A stretch of DNA of 64,000 nt from Oscillospiraceae bacterium (GTDB lineage Bacteria; Bacillota; Clostridia; UBA1381; UBA9506), in contig SVJO01000002.1 in the NCBI GenBank assembly GCA_015068935.1, positions 4,943-68,942 of the forward strand. Direction: 5' to 3'. Below the pieces are notes generated by a model. The model did no database searches, was not told the DNA's origin, and saw only the letters and a list, made by a program, of their open reading frames with translations. The position numbers were made by a program, and so were the translations under genes. Of this stretch, positions 7,826-18,297 are shown one piece after another. Every line of letters starts with the position of its first letter. Position 1 is the stretch's first letter.

Positions 7826-9187
7826 TCAGATTTTATGTTTTGTTACTGTAACTAAACTGTTTTCTATTCCTGTAACCGTAAGGTTTTTTTCTATTGCTCT
7901 TTTTATTTTTTCTATATGTTCCTTTTTTATCTCTTCGCCCGGCATAAAAACAGGAATACAGGGTGGAAATATAGTTACCTCCCTGTCTGCAACTCTGCCG
8001 ATAGCCATATCAATTGGTACATTTTCTTTAAGAGAATTAAAAACCTCTCTTGGAGTCATAACCAAAGTGTTTTCCGTATCAAAATTCTCATTTGAAACAA
8101 TAGGTGTTTTAGGTGGTAATGAATCAATATATCCAACCGCTTTTTTAAGAAGTGCAAAGTCTTTTTTATCATTTGCCCATGATGCCATCAAGAGCACACA
8201 GGTTTCTATTGCCATTTCTGCATATATTCCAAATTTTTTCTCCAGTATGTCCATTACCTCATACCCGTTATAGCCTTTAGAGCTAAAATCAACTATCAGC
8301 TTAAAGGGGTCATCAAAAGAATATATATGCTCGTTTTGTATTAGATTATCCATAAATTCTTTTGTAAGTCGTTCCCCTTTTGTTAAGCCCGTATCAATAG
8401 CATGTTCCATCATGCTGAGCAATACGTATGATGGACTTGTCGTTTGAAACATATTGACTGCCGCTTTCATTTTTCCATAAGAAACGGTGCATTTCCCTAA
8501 ATTTAAAATTGCCGTTTGGTTAGGACAGGGCATCGACTTGTGCAGACTTACAACTGATATATCCGCACCGCAGGATATTGCCCCTGCAGGAAAGGACTTT
8601 GAAAACGGAAAGTGCGCGCCATGAGCTTCATCGCATAATAACAGCATGCCCTTTTCATGCACCAGCTTTGCTATCTCCGTTATATTACTCACAATTCCAA
8701 AATACGTCGGCGAAGTCAAAAACACACCTTTTGCATCAGGAAAGCTTTCTATTGCCTCTTTTATGCTTTCCGTGCTTACTCCTCCGCTAAATCCTCTTTC
8801 GTGAATATGCGGATTAATGTAAATCGGTAATAAACCGCAAAGTGCAATTGCATTTATCACGCTTTTGTGGCAGTCTCGCGAGACTATAACCTTGTCTCCT
8901 TCTGCAAAAGCTGCTCTGAACATACTTAATATTCCGCTGCTTGCCCCATTGACTAAAAAAAATGAGCTTTCAGCTTTATATGCCTTGGCGGCTTTTTCCT
9001 CTGCCTCTTTTATGAAGTTACCGGGATTTACTAAACAGTCAGTGTCTGATAACTCTGTTGTATCAAGTTTCCATATATCGCTTTTAAACTTCGACCTTAA
9101 AAATGCTTTTCCGGTTTTATGACCTGGCATATGAAATGAGGCTCTCTCTTTTTTATTATGTTCTTTTAATTTTTTCAGAATGCTCAT
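7826..9187 (-). CDS. PLP-dependent Orn/Lys/Arg decarboxylase family protein (SpeA/YaaO-like)
   Basis: SFHMPGHK N-terminal signature, SLHKS PLP-lysine region, 453 aa. Confidence 0.8.
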   Translation of the reverse strand: MSILKKLKEHNKKERASFHMPGHKTGKAFLRSKFKSDIWKLDTTELSDTDCLVNPGNFIKEAEEKAAKAYKAESSFFLVNGASSGILSMFRAAFAEGDKVIVSRDCHKSVINAIALCGLLPIYINPHIHERGFSGGVSTESIKEAIESFPDAKGVFLTSPTYFGIVSNITEIAKLVHEKGMLLLCDEAHGAHFPFSKSFPAGAISCGADISVVSLHKSMPCPNQTAILNLGKCTVSYGKMKAAVNMFQTTSPSYVLLSMMEHAIDTGLTKGERLTKEFMDNLIQNEHIYSFDDPFKLIVDFSSKGYNGYEVMDILEKKFGIYAEMAIETCVLLMASWANDKKDFALLKKAVGYIDSLPPKTPIVSNENFDTENTLVMTPREVFNSLKENVPIDMAIGRVADREVTIFPPCIPVFMPGEEIKKEHIEKIKRAIEKNLTVTGIENSLVTVTKHKI

Positions 9188-9241
9188 ACTAACACCCTCA
9201 AAATCTTTGGAATATGCTTATGTATAGATAAAGCTCCGCAG

Positions 9242-9266
9242 AAAAAATAAAGCCCTTTCGGGCTTA
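9242..9266 (-). terminator. Intrinsic terminator located in the 5' leader of the decarboxylase gene
   Basis: Minus strand reads AAGCCCgaaaGGGCTTtatttttt, ending ~55 nt upstream of the ATG at 9187. Confidence 0.5.
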
Positions 9267-9435
9267 CAGATAATACCTGCTTTTATGAAATATTATCCGC
9301 ATAAGACAATCAATATTTCCTTCTTTTAAAATATACTTACTTGTCTTTACCCCTACATAACAACATTCAATCAAATAATTATTTGATTTTTTAAAATATA
9401 CCTCTGGTTTTTTAAATTATGATAACTCCATAATT

Positions 9436-9472
9436 AAAAAAATAGACTCCCACACCCATGTATGGGAGTCTA
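9436..9472 (-). terminator. Intrinsic terminator of the dockerin-protein gene
   Basis: TAGACTCCCA / TGGGAGTCTA 10-bp stem followed by T7 on the minus strand, ~30 nt after the stop at 9504. Confidence 0.75.
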
Positions 9473-9503
9473 TAATTATTAAGTTAAATCATAAACCAAA
9501 TGA

Positions 9504-10268
9504 TTATTCTGTTACACTTTTTACTGTAATGTTTTCAAGAACTGTAAGCAAGTCGTTCATTCCTATAACACCGCTTTCGTCGATGTCACAAGCTCCATTT
9601 TCTCCATTAATTTCAGCTTCGTAGTTTTCTAAAACTAATAAGAGGTCGCTTAAAGCAACTATACCGCTTTCATCAATGTCGCCACCATAAATAGTGTATT
9701 CTAAATCATCAACATCATCAGAAACAACAACATTTTCTTTAGTATATGTTGTGTGACCGTCTTTGCTTACAACTAAAGTGTATGTTCCCTTTTCAACAAC
9801 ACCGTCAAATGTACCATTTGTCTCAGTTGTTATAACGTTAGCTGCACCTTCATCAGGAGTAAGAGTAATTGTAGCACCTGTTTCTGTTCCTAAGAATTCA
9901 ACTGTACCTGAGAGTCTAGCACCTGTACCTACGATAGTTCCAGCATCTACCGGAGTTCCGATTACTTCTCCGCCAATTTTTACAGTATATGCTGTTGAGC
10001 CTGTAGGAATGTCTTTAGGAATGTAATTTTCAAATGAATAGTTACCCTCAGAATCTGCTACTGTCTGATCAATGTACTGAATTGAATTAAGATTCAAACT
10101 ACCCTCATAAGCGAGAATTGTCATCATTTTGTTAGCATATTCTGCATTTGAGCCTGCTGTTGTCCAGCTACCATCATTTTCTGTTGTTGTCGGCTCCTCA
10201 GCAAAAACTGAAACTGACATTGTAAAAAGCATCATACATACAACAACTAAACTTAATAATTTTTTCAT
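9504..10268 (-). CDS. Secreted dockerin-containing protein (carboxypeptidase-regulatory-like beta domain + type I dockerin)
   Basis: Signal peptide. LSGTVEF...TNGTFDGVVEKGTYTLVVSKDGHTTY. C-terminal duplicated Ca-binding repeats GGDIDESGIVALSDLLLVLENY and CDIDESGVIGMNDLLTVLENI. Confidence 0.75.
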   Translation of the reverse strand: MKKLLSLVVVCMMLFTMSVSVFAEEPTTTENDGSWTTAGSNAEYANKMMTILAYEGSLNLNSIQYIDQTVADSEGNYSFENYIPKDIPTGSTAYTVKIGGEVIGTPVDAGTIVGTGARLSGTVEFLGTETGATITLTPDEGAANVITTETNGTFDGVVEKGTYTLVVSKDGHTTYTKENVVVSDDVDDLEYTIYGGDIDESGIVALSDLLLVLENYEAEINGENGACDIDESGVIGMNDLLTVLENITVKSVTE

Positions 10269-10337
10269 TTTTCTTTTCCCCTTTCACTTTTTAAAAATAA
10301 AATTTTATTATAATTGTTTATTATAATCTTATATTTA

Positions 10338-11525
10338 TTATTCAGCCTTTGGAAGCATCATGTCTCTAACAAGTTCTGACATAAGAAGGAGTGCATCCGG
10401 GAGAATATCCTTTTCTGCTTTTCCTTCGGGATTCCAAGGACTTTCATTTGCTGTTACAATAACAAGTCTTAATGCTCCGTCCCAATAAACGGCCTTATCT
10501 AACGCCTCACCTATGTATCTTACAGGAACAAATGTGCGATCCTCTCTGATAAACGGTGCCACATCCATTTCTTTCTTCTCGCCGTTTATTGTATATTCTG
10601 CCTTGCCGATATTCATTACCACTACAATGTCATTAAGAGCAACTGTAATTTCCTGATTGTCAGGATTCCAGTTAACCTGTGCACCAAATGCTTCCCCGAT
10701 GAATCTCAAGGGCAGATATGTTCTGTCTCCCTCTATAAATGGAACTACTTCTCTGTTACCGTCATCAATAACTTTTAAATAACCATCATCAATAGCGGCA
10801 AAATTACCGATGTTTAACATGAGAGTATCTACAAGTCTCTCTTCTCTTAAAACTTTAAGCGAAGGTTCAGGAAGAACGGGTTCATATACTACAGCTTCCT
10901 TCTCTAAATTAAAGCTTTCAGGAAATACAAATTTAAGTGACGTTGCCTTCTGGCTTTTTCCATCTCCGATGAAAGCATCCTTCGGATAAACTCTGTCCAA
11001 TGTATCGAGTACATCAAAACAAGGGTCTTCATTCTTGAGAAATTTTACAGAAAAATCAAAAAGTTTAAATCCCTCTTCGCCTATTGTAATAGCGGCACCT
11101 TCATCCGAAACAGCAGACTGCATACCGTAAGCCGCCATTTTTAATGTTCCTTCGGCATTTGAAGCCTTGCAACCTACACTTTTGAAATCATGCACTCCTG
11201 CATCAGTTTTATAATCATAAAGTGTTGCTATCTTATTAAATTCTTCACTAGGTTCTTTTGTTTCTCTGTCAACAAGCTGTAAAACTGTATTATCAAAAGA
11301 AAAACCAAACTGAGCTCCCGAGAATTTTGAATCATAAATCACCAACGAAGCTGTCGCGCACCCATTTTCATCAGGTTCTGAAACAATAAATTCCGCTCTT
11401 TGCATTTTTGCCTCTGGAGCTGCTTCTTCTGCAAAAATAACCTGACACATTGCAGATATTAATATCAGGGCTACAACTAAAAGGGCAGATAATCTTTTGA
11501 TTATTTTATTCATAACGTCCTCCAA
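10338..11525 (-). CDS. Secreted protein with cohesin-like N-terminal domain and two copper-amine-oxidase-N-like (stalk) repeats
   Basis: Signal peptide. FSGAQFGFSFDNTVLQLVD...GTLKMAAYG...GFKLFDFSVKF resembles cohesin strands. DRTYLPLRFIGEAFGAQVNWNPDNQEITV and DRTFVPVRYIGEALDKAVYWD are Cu_amine_oxidN1-type repeats. Confidence 0.55.
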   Translation of the reverse strand: MEDVMNKIIKRLSALLVVALILISAMCQVIFAEEAAPEAKMQRAEFIVSEPDENGCATASLVIYDSKFSGAQFGFSFDNTVLQLVDRETKEPSEEFNKIATLYDYKTDAGVHDFKSVGCKASNAEGTLKMAAYGMQSAVSDEGAAITIGEEGFKLFDFSVKFLKNEDPCFDVLDTLDRVYPKDAFIGDGKSQKATSLKFVFPESFNLEKEAVVYEPVLPEPSLKVLREERLVDTLMLNIGNFAAIDDGYLKVIDDGNREVVPFIEGDRTYLPLRFIGEAFGAQVNWNPDNQEITVALNDIVVVMNIGKAEYTINGEKKEMDVAPFIREDRTFVPVRYIGEALDKAVYWDGALRLVIVTANESPWNPEGKAEKDILPDALLLMSELVRDMMLPKAE

Positions 11526-11714
11526 ATAACGTATTTCCCCTTCTGTAATTTTATAAGGGCTATAACTAAATGTAAAAATCGAGTTCTATACGAAATTAAT
11601 TCTATCATATTTTTTTTTAAAATGCTAGCCCTTTTTATTATTTTTTTATTATTTTTTATTTTTGGTTGAAACTCAACAAAACCCAGTGTTTGTTTTTGTA
11701 TAATTCGCACAAAG

Positions 11715-12845
11715 TTAATATGTCACCTCAAATTTGACTATTCTTCTGCGCGACCAGACCCCCAGCACAAGTCCTATAGCTATGAAATTTGCCACAAGCG
11801 AGGAGCCGCCATAGCTCAAAAACGGGAGCGGAATTCCCGTCACAGGCAAAAGTCCTATACACATAAAAATATTTTCAATAACGTGGAACATAAACATCGC
11901 TGCAATTCCCCCGCAGAGAAAACGGCCCCTGTCGTCCTTTGCTTTTACCGAAGCATGAAAACATCTTATTATAAGAAGTGTCAGCAGAATTACGATAAGC
12001 ATTGCACCTAAAAAACCAAATTCTTCTCCCAACGCACCGAAAATAAAGTCTGTGTCTCTTTCAGGAAGTAATCCAAGTTGATTCTGCGGCCCTAAAAGAT
12101 AGCCTCTTCCTGCAAATTCTCCTGAACCTATTGCGATTTTGGATTGAGAAACCTGATAGCCATATCCCGATGCATCCCTCTCAGGGTTTAAAAAAACCAG
12201 TATTCTTTCCTTTTGATATGGTTGCATTAATCCAAACCATGCAACAGGCACTAAAACCGCCGCGCCCGCAAAAGCCGCAATGATGTATTTAAACGAAAGG
12301 CCTCCGATAAAAAGCATAACAAAAAACATAAAAGCAAAAACAAGTGTTGTTCCTGTGTCATTCTGAAGCAGAACCAATCCTGCAATAACTGCAAAATGTA
12401 AAAACAGCTTTATAAGAACCGAAAATCTGTTTATATTTCCCTTGACAGAATCCAGGTGGACTGAAAAAGTAATAGCAAATGTTATTTTAACAAATTCAGA
12501 AGGCTGAATACTGATTGCTCCGAGGCTTATCCAGCTGTTTGCACCAGTCTCTTCCTTTCCTTGTCCGAAAACGAGAACGAATGCTAAGATTGCAACACTT
12601 GCTGCATATATGAGTTTTACAAAGGCAGGATAAATGTCGTAATCTATTCTTGAAATCAACAGCATCATAACTGTACCCAAAACCAAAGCTGCAGACTGCA
12701 CAATCATTTGTCTGGTGCCTGAATCACTTGTTCGCGTTGCCGAATATATGCAAACAAGTCCGCACACAGCCAGAATGTAGACTATTGTTATTAAAAAATG
12801 ATCGAGATTTTTCCAATGTAAAAAGCGCATCTTTTTCTCTGCCAT
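11715..12845 (-). CDS. rodA: FtsW/RodA/SpoVE family peptidoglycan glycosyltransferase (RodA-like)
   Basis: 10-TM protein. Motifs QPSEFVKI, DTGTTLV, ERDTDFIF and GLLPVTGIPLPFLSYGGSS. Confidence 0.9.
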   Translation of the reverse strand: MAEKKMRFLHWKNLDHFLITIVYILAVCGLVCIYSATRTSDSGTRQMIVQSAALVLGTVMMLLISRIDYDIYPAFVKLIYAASVAILAFVLVFGQGKEETGANSWISLGAISIQPSEFVKITFAITFSVHLDSVKGNINRFSVLIKLFLHFAVIAGLVLLQNDTGTTLVFAFMFFVMLFIGGLSFKYIIAAFAGAAVLVPVAWFGLMQPYQKERILVFLNPERDASGYGYQVSQSKIAIGSGEFAGRGYLLGPQNQLGLLPERDTDFIFGALGEEFGFLGAMLIVILLTLLIIRCFHASVKAKDDRGRFLCGGIAAMFMFHVIENIFMCIGLLPVTGIPLPFLSYGGSSLVANFIAIGLVLGVWSRRRIVKFEVTY

Positions 12846-12920
12846 TTTGTCCTCCGTCAGTTTTCATTTAATAGTTATTATACTACTTTTTTTCAAAAAG
12901 GTAAAGTATTTTTTCACCGA

Positions 12921-12950
12921 AAAAACCCGCAGATGCCCTGCGGGTTTTTT
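12921..12950 (-). terminator. Bidirectional intrinsic terminator after htrA
   Basis: AAAAACCCGCAG atgc CCTGCGGGTTTTTT. Confidence 0.8.
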
Positions 12951-12962
12951 ATCCTGATTTCT

Positions 12963-14417
12963 TTACCAACCAAACCACGGGAAAAAGTCAGAAGGTATCT
13001 GATATTCATACTCAGGTGTCTGTTCTTCGGGCTTTTTTTCTGCTGTTGGCTTTTCTTCCTGCAATGTTACTTTTATGTCTTTTTTCTCACCGTTTCTTAC
13101 TACCTTAAATGTAATAACTTCTCCCGGCTTGTGTTTATCTTTAATTTCATTTATTTCATCTATTGTAGTTATATCTTCGCCTTCACAACGGATTATCACG
13201 TCCCCAACGCGAATTCCTGCACGTTCGGCTGCCCCGTATTCTGTAACCTCAACTACATACACTCCCGTTGGCAAACCATTGGCTTTTGCGGCTGCCTCTG
13301 TTATAGTTCTTCCAACAATTCCGACAAGCGGTCTGCCTGTTACATATCCATTTTTAATAATCGCCTCTATAATAGGTTTTGCCTCATTAATCGGAATAGC
13401 AAATCCCAGGCCTTCCACATCATAACCCGTGGATTTTGCTGTGTTTATGCCAATAAGCTGTCCTCTGCTGTTGAGAAGAGCGCCTCCTGAGTTTCCTGGG
13501 TTAATTGCCGCATCAGTCTGAATCATTGTAAGCTGTTTGCCGTCTATTACCATAGTTCTGTTAATTGCACTTATATATCCAACGGTCAGTGTTCCTGCAA
13601 GCTCTTCTCTTAAAGGGTTGCCTATTGCAATTGCAAGTTCCCCTACCCTTATCTCTGACGAGTTGCCAAGCTCTGCATAGGAAAGAGCAGCTTCTGTTTC
13701 AACCTTTAAAACAGCTAAATCAGTCCTTGCGTCAGCCCCAACAACCTTTGCATCAAATGTCTGACCAGCAATAGTTGTTACAGTGATGCTTGATGCTCCT
13801 TCTATTACGTGATTATTTGTTACAATATATCCGTCGCTTCTTATTATAATACCTGAGCCTGAACTCATCGCCTGCGAAGACATATAATTACCTGCAGCTT
13901 TACATGTTATACTTACCACACTTGGAGATGCCTTGTCATAAACCTCAGGAATTCCCATCTCTGCACCCTGTGACTGATTAACTACCGGTCTTGCAATATC
14001 CGGAGATTGAGTCTGCGGCAAAACAGAGTCTTCGTCTTTTAGAACAGGAATCATAGCCAGTGTAAATACAGTCAAACATAAAATGCAAGTTATAACAGAA
14101 CTTAAAACAGCAGCAAAAAGCGGACTTTTAATAAGTTTCCTGAATTTCTTTTCTTTTGGTCTGTAAATCGAAATGGCTCTGTCCTTTGGCACCGCATTTC
14201 TTACAACGTCCTCAAAATCGTCAGGAAACCAACCTCCCTCTCCCACAGTATATTTGCTCTCGTAAATTTTAATTTCCTCATTTTCAACGCTGTCGCCATC
14301 GACATCTTTTGCATTAATATCCGAATTCACAGCTTCAAATTCGAAAACATCTTTTCTTTCATCCATACTTTCATCCCCTTTCGCCGTTATTGTTGTATCC
14401 TTACAAATCGTTTTCAA
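12963..14417 (-). CDS. htrA: HtrA/DegP-family S1C serine protease with PDZ domain
   Basis: TM anchor. TNNHV, DLAVLKV and GNSGGALLN catalytic-triad contexts. C-terminal PDZ (GVYVVEVTEYGAAERAGIRVGDVII). Confidence 0.9.
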   Translation of the reverse strand: MKTICKDTTITAKGDESMDERKDVFEFEAVNSDINAKDVDGDSVENEEIKIYESKYTVGEGGWFPDDFEDVVRNAVPKDRAISIYRPKEKKFRKLIKSPLFAAVLSSVITCILCLTVFTLAMIPVLKDEDSVLPQTQSPDIARPVVNQSQGAEMGIPEVYDKASPSVVSITCKAAGNYMSSQAMSSGSGIIIRSDGYIVTNNHVIEGASSITVTTIAGQTFDAKVVGADARTDLAVLKVETEAALSYAELGNSSEIRVGELAIAIGNPLREELAGTLTVGYISAINRTMVIDGKQLTMIQTDAAINPGNSGGALLNSRGQLIGINTAKSTGYDVEGLGFAIPINEAKPIIEAIIKNGYVTGRPLVGIVGRTITEAAAKANGLPTGVYVVEVTEYGAAERAGIRVGDVIIRCEGEDITTIDEINEIKDKHKPGEVITFKVVRNGEKKDIKVTLQEEKPTAEKKPEEQTPEYEYQIPSDFFPWFGW

Positions 14418-14620
14418 TCTAATAACAAATTGTTATGTTATTATGATAATATATTTTTTTTACGTTGGTATGAACAATTTGTAAATATAAAGATTTTTCT
14501 TGTTTTTTCAATTGCAAAAACCTCTTGATTTTACCAAGATTATTTGATATAATAATAAGATATAATACCATAAATTTATCTTTTTACAAAAGAAAATTAA
14601 AAAATACAGGGGGAATTTAG

Positions 14621-16078
<1,458 letters not shown>

Positions 16079-16135
16079 AACAAAAATAAATCATGGCATA
16101 GGAGAATTTCTCCTATGCCTGAATTTTGAAAAGGG

Positions 16136-18121
16136 TTGGTGTGCTTGGCTAAAAAAGAGTATGGTAATCAAAGCATTTCTTCATTAAAAGGCGCTGACAG
16201 AGTAAGACTTCGCCCCGGAGTTATATTTGGCTCTGACGGAATAGACGGCTGCCAGCATTCGTTTTTTGAAATCCTGTCAAATTCTATAGACGAAGCAAGA
16301 GAGGGCTTTGGTACAGAAATAGAAGTAACGAGATATATGGATAAATCCATAGAAGTCCGCGACTATGGAAGAGGTATTCCTCTTGGCTGGAACGAAAAAG
16401 AGCAAAGATATAACTGGGAGCTTGTATTCTGCGAGATGTACGCAGGCGGAAAATATGACAACAACTCAGGTGATAACTATAATTTCAGCCTCGGTCTTAA
16501 TGGCCTCGGTTCCTGTGCTACACAATATAGTTCTTCTTATATGGATGTTTGTGTTCACAGAGATGGTTTTAAGCATACTCTCCATTTTGAAAAAGGCGAA
16601 CCTGTCGGTCAGATGCAGGTAGAAAAGTTCCGTTATAAAAAAACGGGAACTCAGATTAAATGGCGCCCCGACACAGAAGTTTTTACAGATATTAATATTC
16701 CGCTTGAATATTTTCAGGCTGTTTTAAAAAAACAGGCTGTTGTTAACGCAGGCCTTACACTTACTCTTTATAATCAGACCCCTGAGGGATGGGATATGTA
16801 TGAATACTATTATGAAAAGGGTATCATAGATTATGTAAAAGAAATAAGTGATGCTAAAGAATTTACTCAGCCCCGTTATTTTGAAGCAGAAAGAAAAGGA
16901 CGCGACAGCGCTGACAGAGATGAATATAAGTTTAAACTTCAGGCGGCATATTGCTTTAATAACGAAATTAATATGATAGAATATTATCACAACTCCAGTT
17001 TCCTAGAACATGGCGGCTCTCCTGACAGAGCCATAAGAAATGCTTTTGTTTATGCTATTGACCAATATCTCAAAACGAGCGGAAAATATAATAAAAACGA
17101 AAGCAAGATAAGTTTTGTTGATGTTTCGGACAGCTTAATTATTGTTACGAACTCATTTTCTACAATAACAAGCTATGAAAACCAGACAAAAAAAGCAATA
17201 ACAAACAAATTCATTCAAGAAGCTATGACAGAAATTTTCCGTCAACAGCTTGAAGTTTATTTTATAGAAAATAAACAGGAGGCTGAAAAAATAGCCGCTC
17301 AGATTTTAATTAACAAGCGCAGCCGCGAAAGCGCAGAGCGCGCGAAGGTTTCTGCTAAAAAGAAACTTACAGGAAATCTTGATATCACAAACAGAATAAG
17401 CAAACTTGTAGATTGCAGAAGTAAAGATGTTGACAGGCGGGAAATTTATATAGTTGAAGGCGATTCTGCTTTAGGTGCTTGTAAGTTGAGCCGAAATGCT
17501 GAATTTCAGGCTATTATTCCTGTCAGAGGCAAAATACTTAATTGCCTGAAAGCTGATTACGGAAAGATTTTCAAAAGTGAAATTATAACTGATTTAATCA
17601 AGGTTTTAGGATGCGGAACAGAGGTAAACCACAAATCAGGCAAAGATTTAAATACTTTTGACATAAACAATTTGCGCTGGTCAAAAGTTATTATATGCAC
17701 CGATGCCGACGTTGACGGATATCAGATACGGACACTTATTCTGACTATGATTTACGTGCTGATGCCAAAACTGATAGAGAATGGAAAAGTGTTCATCGCT
17801 GAAACTCCTTTGTTTGAAATCAACTGTGGAAAAGATACTTTCTTTGCATATGATGAATCTGAAAAACAACAGCTTGTAAAAGAGCTTGAGGGAAAAAAAT
17901 ATACAATTCAGCGCTCTAAGGGTCTTGGCGAAAACGAACCTGAAATGATGTCACTGACCACAATGAATCCCGAAACGAGAAGGCTTATTAAGGTTAATAT
18001 GGAAGATAAAGATGAAACGCTTAAAATGTTTGATATTCTTCTCGGAGATAATCTCCAGGCAAGGAAAGACTACATCTCGGAAAACGGTCACCTTTATCTT
18101 GATATGACAGATGTAAGTTAA
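16136..18121 (+). CDS. Type IIA DNA topoisomerase subunit B (divergent GyrB/ParE-like)
   Basis: GHKL ATPase region (EILSNSIDEA, GLNGLGS), Toprim EGDSA (IYIVEGDSALG), PVRGKILN, DADVDGYQIR, QRSKGLGE. The N-terminal motif is GADRVRLRPGVIFGS rather than the canonical GLEAVRKRPGMYIGS. No A subunit is adjacent. Confidence 0.85.
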   Translation: MVCLAKKEYGNQSISSLKGADRVRLRPGVIFGSDGIDGCQHSFFEILSNSIDEAREGFGTEIEVTRYMDKSIEVRDYGRGIPLGWNEKEQRYNWELVFCEMYAGGKYDNNSGDNYNFSLGLNGLGSCATQYSSSYMDVCVHRDGFKHTLHFEKGEPVGQMQVEKFRYKKTGTQIKWRPDTEVFTDINIPLEYFQAVLKKQAVVNAGLTLTLYNQTPEGWDMYEYYYEKGIIDYVKEISDAKEFTQPRYFEAERKGRDSADRDEYKFKLQAAYCFNNEINMIEYYHNSSFLEHGGSPDRAIRNAFVYAIDQYLKTSGKYNKNESKISFVDVSDSLIIVTNSFSTITSYENQTKKAITNKFIQEAMTEIFRQQLEVYFIENKQEAEKIAAQILINKRSRESAERAKVSAKKKLTGNLDITNRISKLVDCRSKDVDRREIYIVEGDSALGACKLSRNAEFQAIIPVRGKILNCLKADYGKIFKSEIITDLIKVLGCGTEVNHKSGKDLNTFDINNLRWSKVIICTDADVDGYQIRTLILTMIYVLMPKLIENGKVFIAETPLFEINCGKDTFFAYDESEKQQLVKELEGKKYTIQRSKGLGENEPEMMSLTTMNPETRRLIKVNMEDKDETLKMFDILLGDNLQARKDYISENGHLYLDMTDVS

Positions 18122-18297
18122 TGTTTTAGGAAAAGCTCGTCAGATGCACACTTCTCTGCCTCGATTTCTGCCGTAAATCTCGAAAGCATTTGTTTGACTG
18201 TAATAAAAATTTAACTATAAAAATTGACATTTTTATTGACTAAACATATAAAAAAATATATAATATTTTCATGTGACTATATAAGGAGGATAAAACA

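Noticed and set aside
11510-11710. 66-aa minus-strand ORF upstream of the cohesin-like gene
   Set aside because: It overlaps the start of the real gene, is basic and low-complexity, and has no RBS.
12933-13774. Plus-strand ORFs of 69-185 aa antisense to htrA
   Set aside because: They are Cys/Phe-rich or Ser/Pro-rich shadow frames of a well-supported protease gene.
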